Below are positions 38,126-48,396 of a stretch of DNA of 64,000 bases, piece by piece. The first letter of the stretch is position 1. The number at the start of each line of letters is the position of its first letter. Both the position numbers and the translations under genes were made by a program. The notes beneath the pieces were generated by a model. It was not told where the DNA came from. It was given only the letters and a program-made list of their open reading frames with translations, and made no database searches. The DNA lies in the NCBI GenBank assembly GCA_963788195.1, contig CAWBGA010000001.1:192001-256000 (forward strand), read 5' to 3'. The DNA comes from Nitrospirota bacterium (lineage in GTDB: Bacteria > Nitrospirota > Nitrospiria > Nitrospirales > NS-4).

Positions 38126-38899
38126 ATGGCGTCCCTCATCCTTGACAACGTGACCGTAGATTTCCCGATCTACGGTTCTCAAAAGACCTTTCGCGAAGTC
38201 CTGAAGAGTGCGACTGGGGGCCTCATCCGGCGGGAAGGATTGCGCAACGAGCGTGTGACAGTTCGGGCGCTCGATAGTGTGTCTCTAATGCTCAAGCACG
38301 GCGATCGTCTCGGTATTATGGGACACAATGGCGCCGGCAAATCTACTTTGCTGCGGGTCTGCGCCGGGGTGTACGAACCCACGCAAGGCCGGGTATTTAT
38401 AGAAGGCCAGGTTTCCCCGCTATTTAATACTTCTCCCGGCCTTGATGCGGAGGATACGGGCTATGAGAACATCCTCACATGCGGGCTGTTTCTGGGCATG
38501 ACCCATCAGGAAATTACGCGCAAGATGCCGGACATCGAGCAATTTTCCGAGCTCGGGGAATATCTCTCGCTGCCGGTCAGAACCTATTCCACCGGAATGC
38601 TGATGCGTCTGGGCTTCGCGATCGCCACGGCCATTGATCCTGAGATCCTGATCTTGGATGAAGGATTAAGCGCGGGCGACGCTCGGTTTGCGGAGCGAGC
38701 CAAGCAGCGCGTTGACGATTTGGTCGGGCGATGTAGTATTCTTGTTCTGGCGTCGCACTCAGAGGATTTGATTCAATCCATGTGCAATAAAGCAGTGATA
38801 TTGCGATCGGGTCGACTTGTTGAGGCTGGAAGTGTCGAAGAGATGGTGGAGGCCTACCACGCCCTGAATGCCGATCAGGCAGGTGCCAATATTCTTTGA
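38126..38899 (+). CDS. wzt: ABC polysaccharide exporter ATP-binding protein (no C-terminal CBM)
   Basis: GHNGAGKST, PVRTYSTGMLMRLGF, ILILDE, ASH; 257 aa. Confidence 0.93.
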   Translation: MASLILDNVTVDFPIYGSQKTFREVLKSATGGLIRREGLRNERVTVRALDSVSLMLKHGDRLGIMGHNGAGKSTLLRVCAGVYEPTQGRVFIEGQVSPLFNTSPGLDAEDTGYENILTCGLFLGMTHQEITRKMPDIEQFSELGEYLSLPVRTYSTGMLMRLGFAIATAIDPEILILDEGLSAGDARFAERAKQRVDDLVGRCSILVLASHSEDLIQSMCNKAVILRSGRLVEAGSVEEMVEAYHALNADQAGANIL

Positions 38900-38905
38900 G
38901 GCGAG

Positions 38906-40075
38906 ATGACGCAGCCTCGACAAACTCAAATTATGTTTCTTCTGCGATCTCTCAATTATGGGGGTGCAGAACGGCAGGTGATTGCACTTGCCGGTACCCT
39001 TCGACAAAAAGGCGAACCGGTGACCATCGCCACGTTTTATCCGGCGGGGCCATGGGGCAAAGATCTCGAGGAGAAGGGCATTCCTTTATATAGCCTCGGG
39101 AAACGGGGACGCTGGGACTTCCTTTTTTTCTTGAGGTTGATCAAGCATGTGCGCAAGATATGCCCCGTCATCGTATACAGCCATTTGACCACCGCCAATA
39201 TTTTCGCAGCGTTACTCAAGCCAATGTGTGCGCCTGTCCGGATTGTGTGGGGTGTGCGCTCCTCGAATATGGATCTGAAACGCTACGGTTGGGTGGACCG
39301 CTTTGTGTACCGTTTAGAATGCGCATTGTCCCGCTTTGCTGATCTGATCATCACAAATTCCCATGCCGGCCTGCACTATGCCATAGAGCACGGTTTTCCG
39401 AAGGAAAAGTTGGTGGTCATTGCCAATGGCATCGATACAAACCAATTCTCTCCCGACCCTCAGTCTCGCGACAGGGTGCGAAGGACTTTGGGTCTGGCTG
39501 AGCATGACATTTTGATCGGCCTGGTCGGCCGGCTGGATCCGATGAAGGACCATCCCACATTTCTAAATGCCGCTGCCCTTTTGTCAGAGAAACAGGAGGT
39601 GCGGTTTCTGTGTGTGGGAGACGGGCCGGAATCGTACCGATCATGGCTGCAAGGCATGGCGAAGGAACTTGGAATTGACGAGCGAGTCATTTGGCTGGCT
39701 GCTGCTGAGGATATGGCCGCCATGTATAACGCGATGGATGTGATGACATCGTCGTCTTCTTTCGGCGAAGGGTTCTCGAATGCGATTGGTGAAGCGATGG
39801 CCTGCGGTGTGCCCTGTGTGGTTACAGATGTGGGGGACGCAAAGCGGATTCTCGGAGAGACCGGCTGTGTAATCCCCCCCGGCGATCCAGCAGCATTGTG
39901 CTTCGCCTGGCAGAAGATGCTGGAGTTGGATCCATATGCCAAATCTTTGCTTGCGAGAGACGCACGTAATCGCATTGTTCGCTACTATGGAACGGAAAGG
40001 CTTGTCGCCGAACACATGGGACGCGCTGAAAGCGGTACCATAAAAGCAGTGCCCTTTAAAACAATGCCTTCCTGA
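38906..40075 (+). CDS. Glycosyltransferase family 4
   Basis: GGAERQ, GRLDPMKD, GEGFSNAIGEAMACGVPCVVTDVGD; possible frameshift near 40012 (alternative end TWDALKAVP*). Confidence 0.92.
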   Translation: MTQPRQTQIMFLLRSLNYGGAERQVIALAGTLRQKGEPVTIATFYPAGPWGKDLEEKGIPLYSLGKRGRWDFLFFLRLIKHVRKICPVIVYSHLTTANIFAALLKPMCAPVRIVWGVRSSNMDLKRYGWVDRFVYRLECALSRFADLIITNSHAGLHYAIEHGFPKEKLVVIANGIDTNQFSPDPQSRDRVRRTLGLAEHDILIGLVGRLDPMKDHPTFLNAAALLSEKQEVRFLCVGDGPESYRSWLQGMAKELGIDERVIWLAAAEDMAAMYNAMDVMTSSSSFGEGFSNAIGEAMACGVPCVVTDVGDAKRILGETGCVIPPGDPAALCFAWQKMLELDPYAKSLLARDARNRIVRYYGTERLVAEHMGRAESGTIKAVPFKTMPS

Positions 40076-40183
40076 ATGCGCCGCGCTATCATTTATCACC
40101 TCTTCTCCATCCCTCCTCTTTCTCTCCCAGGTAAGCTGTAGCTCCTTTTCTCTATACGCTTTTCCCAGCCCGAATAGCGTACG

Positions 40184-41299
40184 TTGAGCCCTCTCTTGTG
40201 GCATAGGTTCCGGCAGGGTGTCGCAAACCTGGCGTTGATGCTAGGCAGCGTCGTCTTCGTGCTGGTCATGTGCGAATTCGTTGCGTTCCGTTTCATTTTT
40301 CTGCCGAGTGATGTGCCCCGAAATGTCTTTAGGGATGGATTGATCCGATATGCTCCCGAGCAGTCGGGGGTCTGGCGGGTACATGATGAGATCAGTGCGC
40401 CGTACGCTATCAACAGGGAAGGCTGGAACTCTAGCCATCGCGTGTATCGCCCCGAACGAACTCCCGGGCGAATGCGGATCGTCATCATCGGCGACTCCTT
40501 TGTGGAAGGCTTCCAAGTTCCCGTTACCGCGAGCCTTGCCGAGCAACTCGAACACTCGCTCCCGTCAACAGAAGTCTATCGTGTTGCTATCAGTGGCGCT
40601 CCTTTGAGCCAATACCTTCTCATGCTCGAACGGGAGGGCGTCCGCTATTCGCCCGACCTGGTTGTTATCGTGTTGGTGCAGAATGATTTTGATGAATCGT
40701 TTCGGTTCATGCCTGGACGATACACTTCAAGTTTCCTTAAGCTTCGGCTTGAGGAGGGACGGGTTACCGAGGAGGTCCAACCGAGCCGGTATCAGCCCGG
40801 CCCCTGGGAATGGTTGCGCTTTACTGCAACCGCGCGCTATCTTTACTATCGACGGCAAATTGTAAGGGCGATGCCGCTGTTCCTGTGGAGCGCACAAGAG
40901 GCAGGCTCCAATTTCCAAACCAACATTGATACAAGGGCGGTGCTCGAGCGGGCGACCGATGTCGCCCTGGCGACAGACTATTTGTTCGGGCGATTGGCGG
41001 CTGTGGCCAGCGCGCATAAGTTTGATCTGCTGTTCGTCATGGACGGCGATCGCCAGGCAATCTATCGCGGCATTGATAGTGCGGCGTTGTACAACAGTGG
41101 GGCCTTGGCACTCAATACTTTGGCGAACCGAGCGGCCGACAGGCATGGGATTCCTTTTATTGATCTTCATCCGCGCTTCGAGCAGGACTGGCTCAAGAAC
41201 CGGCGTCGTTTTGATTTCGAATCGGAAAACCATTGGAACCAATATGGTCACGCGATCGCTTCTGCCGCCATCGAACAGTTCGTCAGGCATCGTCGATAG
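40184..41299 (+). CDS. Membrane-anchored SGNH-fold protein (AlgX/AlgJ-like O-acetylation candidate)
   Basis: TM helix, IGDSFVEG, SGAPLSQY, QNDFDES, ENHWNQYGH; start uncertain. Confidence 0.78.
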   Translation: MSPLLWHRFRQGVANLALMLGSVVFVLVMCEFVAFRFIFLPSDVPRNVFRDGLIRYAPEQSGVWRVHDEISAPYAINREGWNSSHRVYRPERTPGRMRIVIIGDSFVEGFQVPVTASLAEQLEHSLPSTEVYRVAISGAPLSQYLLMLEREGVRYSPDLVVIVLVQNDFDESFRFMPGRYTSSFLKLRLEEGRVTEEVQPSRYQPGPWEWLRFTATARYLYYRRQIVRAMPLFLWSAQEAGSNFQTNIDTRAVLERATDVALATDYLFGRLAAVASAHKFDLLFVMDGDRQAIYRGIDSAALYNSGALALNTLANRAADRHGIPFIDLHPRFEQDWLKNRRRFDFESENHWNQYGHAIASAAIEQFVRHRR

Positions 41300-41344
41300 C
41301 GGGACTTCAGCCGAGAATACCTGACGATTCGGGAACCGCTTCCA

Positions 41345-42601
41345 ATGGGTAAAATAAAAATTCTACACCTCATCACCGATCTCGCGACGGGCGGTGCTGA
41401 GATCATGCTGCATAAGGTTTTATCCCGACTGGACCGCTCGCAATTTCTCAACACAGTGGTCTCAATGACCGACCGCGGGAGTTTGGGCGAGCAAATTGAG
41501 GCGTTACAGATTCCTGTCTTCACGTTAGGACTACGTCGGGGAATCCCAAATCCCCTTGCCATGATTCGGCTGGTGCGGCTCCTGCGCGTCGAGCGGCCGC
41601 ATATTCTTCAAACGTGGCTGTATCACTCGGATCTGCTTGGACTGGTGGCCGGAAAGTTATCGGGAGTGCCGAACATTGCATGGAACGTCCGGTGTTCCGA
41701 CATGAATCTGCAACACTATCCTAGGCTGACAGGTCTGGTGCTTCGAGCCCTGGTACGGCTGTCCAGATTGCCTGAGATTGTCATTTTCAATTCCAACGCT
41801 GGATGGCAGTTTCATCAGAACCTGGGGTATGACCCTCGCAGATGGATGGTCATCCCAAATGGTTTTGATCTGGATGAGTTTTACCCGGATTCCGAAGCGC
41901 GATTCATTTTTCGAAGGGAGATTGGGCTGCCGCCTGAAGCAGTCTTGGTGGGACTGATTGCCCGCTATGATCCCATGAAGGACCACCAGAATTTCCTGAG
42001 GGCGGTCGCTTCTGTTTTAGACCAGCGACGTGAAATACGTTTTGTCCTTATCGGACATGGTGTTGATGAATCAAACCAGGAACTTGTCGCTGAGATCCGG
42101 AACCATAACCTCTCCCCACACCTGCACCTGCTTGGCGCGCGCGCAGACGTGCGAAAAATCATGCCGGCCCTGGATGTCGTGGTCCTCTCCTCGGCCTACG
42201 GCGAAGGATTTCCAAACGTGCTTGGCGAAGCTATGGCGTCGGGCATACCCTGTATTGTCACCAATGTCGGTGACGCGGCAGCGGTTGTCGGGGATACCGG
42301 CAGAGTGGTCAACGCGAGAGATGCTGCGGAACTTGCGGCGGCAATGGCCGAGATTGTGGACATGCCTCATGAGGAAAGACGCTCCTTGGGGCGTGCAGCT
42401 CGTAGCCGCGTCGAAGAATACTTCAGCTTACCGTCAGTCGTAGGTCAGTACGAACTACTCTACAAGCAACTCGCCGGGGGTCTCGCGGATTCTCCATCGT
42501 CTAATTCTTTGCATTTGCGAAGGCGCTTTCGTCACGACCCTACGGTTGCCGGCAGCAGCAAGTCCCTGCATCATGATAGCCCCGATGAGGCGGACTTCTA
42601 G
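41345..42601 (+). CDS. Glycosyltransferase family 4
   Basis: GGAEIML, ARYDPMKD, GEGFPNVLGEAMASGIPC. Confidence 0.92.
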   Translation: MGKIKILHLITDLATGGAEIMLHKVLSRLDRSQFLNTVVSMTDRGSLGEQIEALQIPVFTLGLRRGIPNPLAMIRLVRLLRVERPHILQTWLYHSDLLGLVAGKLSGVPNIAWNVRCSDMNLQHYPRLTGLVLRALVRLSRLPEIVIFNSNAGWQFHQNLGYDPRRWMVIPNGFDLDEFYPDSEARFIFRREIGLPPEAVLVGLIARYDPMKDHQNFLRAVASVLDQRREIRFVLIGHGVDESNQELVAEIRNHNLSPHLHLLGARADVRKIMPALDVVVLSSAYGEGFPNVLGEAMASGIPCIVTNVGDAAAVVGDTGRVVNARDAAELAAAMAEIVDMPHEERRSLGRAARSRVEEYFSLPSVVGQYELLYKQLAGGLADSPSSNSLHLRRRFRHDPTVAGSSKSLHHDSPDEADF

Positions 42602-42681
42602 AGGACATCACTGCAGCCTCTTCCAAGCCTCTCCCCCAACACACGCATGAGTGGCAGCACATGTGTGCTACGTGATTATTC

Positions 42682-42720
42682 TTGACTCCCGTTTACCCAT
42701 TGTGTTCAAATCGTGAACAC
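42682..42720 (+). promoter_or_regulatory. Putative promoter with perfect palindromic operator GTGTTCA-N5-TGAACAC
   Basis: TTGACT at 42682; palindrome 42702-42720 directly upstream of the MarR-type regulator. Confidence 0.65.
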
Positions 42721-42742
42721 GAAGGCGGGCACTACGTAGTTA

Positions 42743-43330
42743 TTGAACCTCCAAGCCCAACGAGAGCTCCAACTCCTCTGCGAAGTTGAGAAGAATGCTG
42801 CGGTGACGCAGCGTTCTCTTGCTCATACCCTCGGTGTCGCCGTCGGCCTGACAAATCTGTACTTGAAACGCCTTATTCGTAAAGGCCATATCAAGATCAC
42901 CACAATTCCTCGGAACCGGCTCAAATATCTATTGACGGCCCGCGGCATCGCGGAAAAGTCCCGCCTCACCTACCTGTACATGCAGTATTCCTTATCGTAT
43001 TACCGGAAGATGCGGCAGCGACTGCACCAAATCTTTTTGACCCTTTCAAAAGACGGCGCGAAGCGCATTGTCATCTGCGGAACCGGTGAACTGGCGGAAC
43101 TGTCGTATCTGACGCTGTGCGAGTTGGACCTCGCGCTTGTGGGTTTTGTAGATGGCAAGCCGCGAAGTACCTTTCTTTCATTCCCCGTTTGGCCGATCGA
43201 GGCGTTGGCGAACTGGGACTTCGACGCGATTCTCATTGCCGACATGGCTGATATCAAGGAACTTCAAAGCCGTTTGTTGTACGACGGCGTACCGAGCGAG
43301 AAGATAATTGCCCTCTGCCCGCTGAAGTAG
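42743..43330 (+). CDS. EPS-associated MarR-type winged-helix regulator with C-terminal Rossmann-like domain
   Basis: TQRSLAHTLGVAVGLTNLYLKRLIRKG, YLLTARGIAEKSRLT; C-terminal IVICGTGELAE. Confidence 0.85.
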   Translation: MNLQAQRELQLLCEVEKNAAVTQRSLAHTLGVAVGLTNLYLKRLIRKGHIKITTIPRNRLKYLLTARGIAEKSRLTYLYMQYSLSYYRKMRQRLHQIFLTLSKDGAKRIVICGTGELAELSYLTLCELDLALVGFVDGKPRSTFLSFPVWPIEALANWDFDAILIADMADIKELQSRLLYDGVPSEKIIALCPLK

Positions 43331-43396
43331 TGGCGTGACATAGAAAGTCCGGCTATGCAGTCTGGGAGGTTCGGCGCCGCCCGGGCTTTCAGGTTG

Positions 43397-43420
43397 TGTA
43401 AGTGAGAGGGCGGAGCTGTG
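43397..43420 (+). promoter_or_regulatory. ops-like element, copy 2
   Basis: tgtaagtgagagggcggagctgtg, 22/24 identical to 8253-8276. Confidence 0.6.
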
Positions 43421-45058
43421 CCTGGGGCCGTGACAGCAACCTCAATGGACACCAGAAAGAACCTAGTGATCATGGAACACAGGGTGCCGCGTGTGGCGGT
43501 TGTGGGGTCGGGGTACTGGGGGAAGAACCTGGTCAGAAACTTTGCCCAACTCCAGGCGCTCGCCGCTGTCTGCGATCACGACGAGGAGACGCTGCGGCCG
43601 TTTCGTGAGCAGTACCCGGACTGCCTCACTTTGAATTCGTTTGACAAGGTCCTGGAGGACCGAACCATCGATGCCGTGGCTATCGCGACGCCGGCGGAAA
43701 CGCACGGCGAGCTTGTCAAGGAAGCGTTACTGGCGGGAAAGGACGTGTTTGTCGAAAAGCCGCTGAGTCTTTCGATCGGGCTCGCGCAGGAGCTTGTGAC
43801 CATTTCGAAGAAGAACGAGCAGATCTTAATGGTGGGGCATCTCCTGTGGTATCACCCCGCGATCTTGAAGTTGAAGGAGCTCATCACGAACGGAGAATTG
43901 GGCCGAATTCAATATATCTATTCCAGCCGTCTGAATCTGGGAAAAATTCGGCGGGAGGAGAACATTCTGTGGTCTTTTGCTCCGCATGACATCTCAGTGA
44001 TTCTGGGACTCTTGGGCGAGATGCCAGATGCCGTGTACGCGCAAGGCGGGAACTATCTGCACCCACAGATCGCTGATGTCACCGTGAGTCTGCTCTCATT
44101 CCCAAGCGGCGTACGAGCCCATATCTTTGTGTCGTGGCTGCATCCTTTTAAAGAACAAAAGCTGGTCGTGGTGGGGGATCGCAAGATGGCGGTCTTCGAT
44201 GACGTGGAGTCAAAAGACAAGTTGCTTTTGTATCCGCATTCAATCGATTGGAAGAACCATGTTCCTGTCGCGAATAAAGCGGACGCACAGCCTGTGCGAC
44301 TCAACGTTGAGGAACCTTTGCGAGCCGAATGCCTGCACTTTATCGAATGTATCACGACACGAAAGCGGCCAAGGACCGACGGAGAGGAAGGCCTGCGCGT
44401 TCTGACGGTATTAAAACAGTGCCAGGATGCGTTGGGGCAAAGCGGAGATCGGGGGATGAAAGTCTCTTCCAGCCGATCCCGCAACTATTTCGCTCATGAG
44501 TCGGCGTTTATCGATGATGGGAGCGAAATTGGAGAGGGCACGAGCATCTGGCACACCTCGCATGTGTTGAAGGGCTCCCGAATCGGGAAGAACTGCAAGA
44601 TCGGGCAAAATGTGGTCATCGGTCCCAATGTGATTGTAGGCGAAGGGGTCAAGATCCAGAACAATGTGTCGGTGTATGAAGGTGTGATTCTAGAAGATTA
44701 CGTTTTTTGCGGTCCCTCGGTCGTGTTCACCAATGTGTTGAACCCCAGGAGCGAGATCCCTCGAATGAAGGAACTGAGACCGACCCTGGTCAAGCGGGGA
44801 GCGACGCTCGGCGCCAACTGCACGATCGTGTGCGGCGTGACCATTGGCCGATACGCATTTATTGCCGCAGGAGCCGTGGCCACAAAAGACGTGCCTGACC
44901 ATGCGCTCGTGATGGGAAATCCAGGCCGCCTTGCCGGATGGATGTGCCGCTGCGGGGTGAAACTAAAGGCGACCACCACTCGCGCCCGTTGTATGGAGTG
45001 TGGGACCGAGTACCGAAAGGCCGGCCGAGGGATGCAACCAAGATCTGCATTCGCATGA
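43418..45058 (+). CDS. Fusion of Gfo/Idh/MocA dehydrogenase (WbpB/WlbA-like) and hexapeptide N-acetyltransferase (WbpD/WlbB-like)
   Basis: [24 protein letters not shown]-terminal [43 protein letters not shown]; start could be 43418, 43445 or 43472. Confidence 0.88.
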   Translation: MPGAVTATSMDTRKNLVIMEHRVPRVAVVGSGYWGKNLVRNFAQLQALAAVCDHDEETLRPFREQYPDCLTLNSFDKVLEDRTIDAVAIATPAETHGELVKEALLAGKDVFVEKPLSLSIGLAQELVTISKKNEQILMVGHLLWYHPAILKLKELITNGELGRIQYIYSSRLNLGKIRREENILWSFAPHDISVILGLLGEMPDAVYAQGGNYLHPQIADVTVSLLSFPSGVRAHIFVSWLHPFKEQKLVVVGDRKMAVFDDVESKDKLLLYPHSIDWKNHVPVANKADAQPVRLNVEEPLRAECLHFIECITTRKRPRTDGEEGLRVLTVLKQCQDALGQSGDRGMKVSSSRSRNYFAHESAFIDDGSEIGEGTSIWHTSHVLKGSRIGKNCKIGQNVVIGPNVIVGEGVKIQNNVSVYEGVILEDYVFCGPSVVFTNVLNPRSEIPRMKELRPTLVKRGATLGANCTIVCGVTIGRYAFIAAGAVATKDVPDHALVMGNPGRLAGWMCRCGVKLKATTTRARCMECGTEYRKAGRGMQPRSAFA

Positions 45059-46119
45059 AAGTCTGCTCGGTTGTTGGTGCCCGTCCTCAGTTCATTAAGG
45101 CCGCAGTCGTCAGCCGGTCTCTGCGAAAAGTTGCGAGCGAAATTCTCATTCACACGGGCCAGCATTACGACGACGATATGTCGGCGGTTTTCTTCCAGGA
45201 ATTGGAGATACCGGCGCCGGATTACAACCTGGGGATCGGATCCTCATCTCACGGGGCTCAGACCGGCCGGATGCTGGAGCAGCTCGAAGCGGTGCTTGAA
45301 AAAGAGCGGCCGGATCGCGTGTTGGTCTTCGGAGACACCAATTCCACGCTGGCAGGCGCGCTTGCAGCGGCGAAGCTGAATATCCCTGTGGGCCACGTTG
45401 AAGCAGGGTTGCGCAGTTTTGCCCGGACCATGCCGGAAGAGGTCAATCGCATAGTCACCGACCATCTGTCAGGTTTGCTGTTCTGTCCCAGCCAGACGGC
45501 AGTGGCCAACCTCCGGAGGGAAGGCATTACGGAAGGCGTCCATTTGGTTGGGGATGTGATGGCTGAGGCATTGCGATGTGGAGTCGAGCGCGCACAACGG
45601 TGCTCAACAATAGTAAAACGCCTGGGCCTCAGTACTAAAGAATATCTGCTGGTGACGATACACAGGGCGGAAAATACCGATAATCACGAACGATTGCGCT
45701 CGATCCTAGCCGGTCTTGCTGCGACAGGCGAGACGATCGTCTTCCCTGTGCATCCTCGCACCGAAGCCGTTCTCGGGGACATCGGGTGGGCTGCGCCTCA
45801 GCATATCCATTTGATCCCGCCGGCGTCATACGTCGATATGTGCGCGCTGGAATCGAACGCCAAAATGATTCTCACGGATTCGGGGGGTGTTCAGAAGGAA
45901 GCGTACTGGCTTGGAGTCCCGTGCATCACCCTGCGCGAAGAGACGGAGTGGGTCGAAACCGTGGAAGCCGGTTGGAATCGATTGGTGGGAGCAGACACCG
46001 ATCGGCTGCTGATGGCGGTTTCCAAGGCTTGGGACTGTGAACGGCGACCGCCGCTCTATGAAGACGAACGTCCCGGTCACAGAATAGCAGAGCTGATGGC
46101 TGGTAGTATCGGTCATTGA
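45055..46119 (+). CDS. wecB: Non-hydrolysing UDP-N-acetylglucosamine 2-epimerase (WecB/WbpI-like)
   Basis: [46 protein letters not shown]. Confidence 0.92.
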   Translation: MKVCSVVGARPQFIKAAVVSRSLRKVASEILIHTGQHYDDDMSAVFFQELEIPAPDYNLGIGSSSHGAQTGRMLEQLEAVLEKERPDRVLVFGDTNSTLAGALAAAKLNIPVGHVEAGLRSFARTMPEEVNRIVTDHLSGLLFCPSQTAVANLRREGITEGVHLVGDVMAEALRCGVERAQRCSTIVKRLGLSTKEYLLVTIHRAENTDNHERLRSILAGLAATGETIVFPVHPRTEAVLGDIGWAAPQHIHLIPPASYVDMCALESNAKMILTDSGGVQKEAYWLGVPCITLREETEWVETVEAGWNRLVGADTDRLLMAVSKAWDCERRPPLYEDERPGHRIAELMAGSIGH

Positions 46120-46135
46120 GCATGAGGAGACACAC

Positions 46136-47134
46136 GTGGAACGTTTAGACTGGTCAAAGGCGACGATTTTGATCACCGGGGGGACCGGCTCCTTCGGCAA
46201 GAAATTTGTAGAAGTCATGCTGCGCGAACATCGACCGAAGAAACTTATTGTGTTCAGCCGCGACGAGCTAAAGCAGCACGATATGCGGCAAACGTTTCCC
46301 GACACCGGCGATGCGCCTCTCCGATATTTCCTCGGCGACGTACGGGATAGAGACAGACTCTACCGCGCCTTTCATGGAGTGGATGTCGTGGTGCACGCGG
46401 CCGCGCTCAAGCAGGTACCGGCCTGCGAATACAACCCCTTTGAAGCGGTGCAGACCAACATTATCGGTGCGAAAAACGTTATCGATGCCGCCATTGATTG
46501 CAATGTCAAGCGAATCATCTGCCTGTCCACCGACAAGGCTGTGAATCCGATCAATCTGTATGGCGCTACCAAACAGGTTGGTGAGAAATTGTTCGTCCAA
46601 GGAAACTCCTATGCGGGCATTGCAAATACGCGTTTCTCCTGCGTGCGGTATGGGAATGTCGTCGGCAGCCGGGGAAGCGTCATTCCTCTGTTTCTGGAGC
46701 AGCGCAAAACCGGCCGGATCACAATCACCGACAAGCGTATGACGCGTTTTTGGATCACACTGGAGCAGGGTGTTCGATTCGTCATCCGTTGTGCGGAGCA
46801 AATGCACGGCGGTGAGGTCTTCGTTCCAAAAATTCCCAGCATGCGGGTCACGGATATAGCGGAGGCGGTGGCGCCCGGCTGTCGGATCGAGGTGACTGGA
46901 ATTCGTCCCGGGGAGAAAGTGCATGAGGTTCTCATAGCCGAGGACGAATCGCGCGCCGCCTTAGAGTTTGATGACATGTATTTGATCACTCCGATGTTTC
47001 AATGGTGGGGGGGTGAAGGGTGGCAAGACGGAAAACCTTTGCCGGAGGGATTTAGATTCGCCAGCGAAACTAACACTCAGTGGATGTCCCAAGCCGAACT
47101 ACGATCCCTGATTGGGGACTCCATCAATGGATAG
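46136..47134 (+). CDS. pseB: UDP-N-acetylglucosamine 4,6-dehydratase (inverting)
   Basis: GGTGSFG, FSRDELKQ, HAAALKQVPACEYNP, STDKAVNPINLYGATK, RYGNVVGSRGSV, GIRPGEK. Confidence 0.93.
   Translation: MERLDWSKATILITGGTGSFGKKFVEVMLREHRPKKLIVFSRDELKQHDMRQTFPDTGDAPLRYFLGDVRDRDRLYRAFHGVDVVVHAAALKQVPACEYNPFEAVQTNIIGAKNVIDAAIDCNVKRIICLSTDKAVNPINLYGATKQVGEKLFVQGNSYAGIANTRFSCVRYGNVVGSRGSVIPLFLEQRKTGRITITDKRMTRFWITLEQGVRFVIRCAEQMHGGEVFVPKIPSMRVTDIAEAVAPGCRIEVTGIRPGEKVHEVLIAEDESRAALEFDDMYLITPMFQWWGGEGWQDGKPLPEGFRFASETNTQWMSQAELRSLIGDSING
46802..47134 (+). repeat. Direct repeat copy 1 (3' third of pseB)
   Basis: 333 bp, highly similar to 48397-48729. Confidence 0.9.
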
Positions 47135-47148
47135 GCGATTTTTTAGGC

Positions 47149-48282
47149 ATGGTTAACCGCGCACAATCCAGATTAAAAACGGTGTCGTTTGCTTTTATTT
47201 CCACTCTGCTGGGAGTGGCGGCAACGGTTCTCACACTGGAAGTTGTGCTGAGAGCCTTTCCGGTAAACGAAGGATTACATGTCACTCCAGTCAATCAGGA
47301 TAATCCGATTTTGAAATTCGCCCCCAACCGCACCAGCATATGGTCAAGAAGATGGAATTTTTCCATCGTCAACAAAGTGAAGACCAATAATTACGGCTTT
47401 GTGAATGACATTGATTATGATCCGAATGCCACCACTCCTTTACTCGCCATCGTTGGCGATAGTTATGTCGAAGCTGCCATGGTGCCCTACAAGCAAACGG
47501 CTTCTGGCATTTTGGCAACGGCGCTGGCGCCGAAGGCCCGGGTATATAGCTTCGGCTCCTCCGGTTCGGCACTCAGTCAATATTTAGCGTATTGCCGATA
47601 TGTTCGAGATACGTTTCATCCTGATGCATTTGTTATTACAGTTATTGGCAATGACTATGATGAAAGTCTTCTTCAATACAAAAGTGATCCGGCGTACCAC
47701 TATTTCACGAGGGGCGTTGACGGGGATCTCATCCTACAACGTGTAGATTTCGAAGTGACGCCGTGGCGGGCTCTTGTACGACGATCAGTTTTAGGAATGT
47801 ACCTAGCCACGAATGTACATGCGCAATTGTGGCCAAACCGTATTAAGAGGTATTTCCCCCAGCTTGTTTCACAGACTCCACAGTCTGTGACTGACGCCTC
47901 AACGAGCACCGAACGCGAGCACATCATTGAGTCTCAGGAGGCTGTTGAGACTTTTATAAAACTGCTGCCGTCCTTTGCCGGACTGCCTCGTTCAAAAGTT
48001 ATTATGGTCATGGATGGGATGCGTGAAACTATATATAACATCCCGGTTGAAAAAACAGATTATATAAACGTGATGCGCCGCTACTTCATCGCGAAGGCTC
48101 AAGCCGGTGGGTTTGAGGTTATTGATATGCAGCCGCGGTTTCTCGAACATTACCGACAGTATGGCCAGAGGTTTGAGTTCGCGACGGATAATCACTGGAA
48201 CTCCTTGGGTCATGCACTTGTGGCTGCCGCCGTGCAACACTCGATGATGTACCGCACAGTATTTGGAGGGGTTTCACCATAG
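47149..48282 (+). CDS. Membrane-anchored SGNH-fold protein, paralogue of 40184
   Basis: TM helix, VGDSYVEA, SGSALSQYL, GNDYDES, DNHWNSLGH. Confidence 0.8.
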   Translation: MVNRAQSRLKTVSFAFISTLLGVAATVLTLEVVLRAFPVNEGLHVTPVNQDNPILKFAPNRTSIWSRRWNFSIVNKVKTNNYGFVNDIDYDPNATTPLLAIVGDSYVEAAMVPYKQTASGILATALAPKARVYSFGSSGSALSQYLAYCRYVRDTFHPDAFVITVIGNDYDESLLQYKSDPAYHYFTRGVDGDLILQRVDFEVTPWRALVRRSVLGMYLATNVHAQLWPNRIKRYFPQLVSQTPQSVTDASTSTEREHIIESQEAVETFIKLLPSFAGLPRSKVIMVMDGMRETIYNIPVEKTDYINVMRRYFIAKAQAGGFEVIDMQPRFLEHYRQYGQRFEFATDNHWNSLGHALVAAAVQHSMMYRTVFGGVSP

Positions 48283-48396
48283 ACCACTGTCACTGAGGCC
48301 TACGCCGCTGTCAATAGCAGCATCAATGATGTTTTTGGCGCCGCTCCAGAAGTTTACCTCATATCGGCTCTACGATCATAAGCAGAGGATCCGGAA

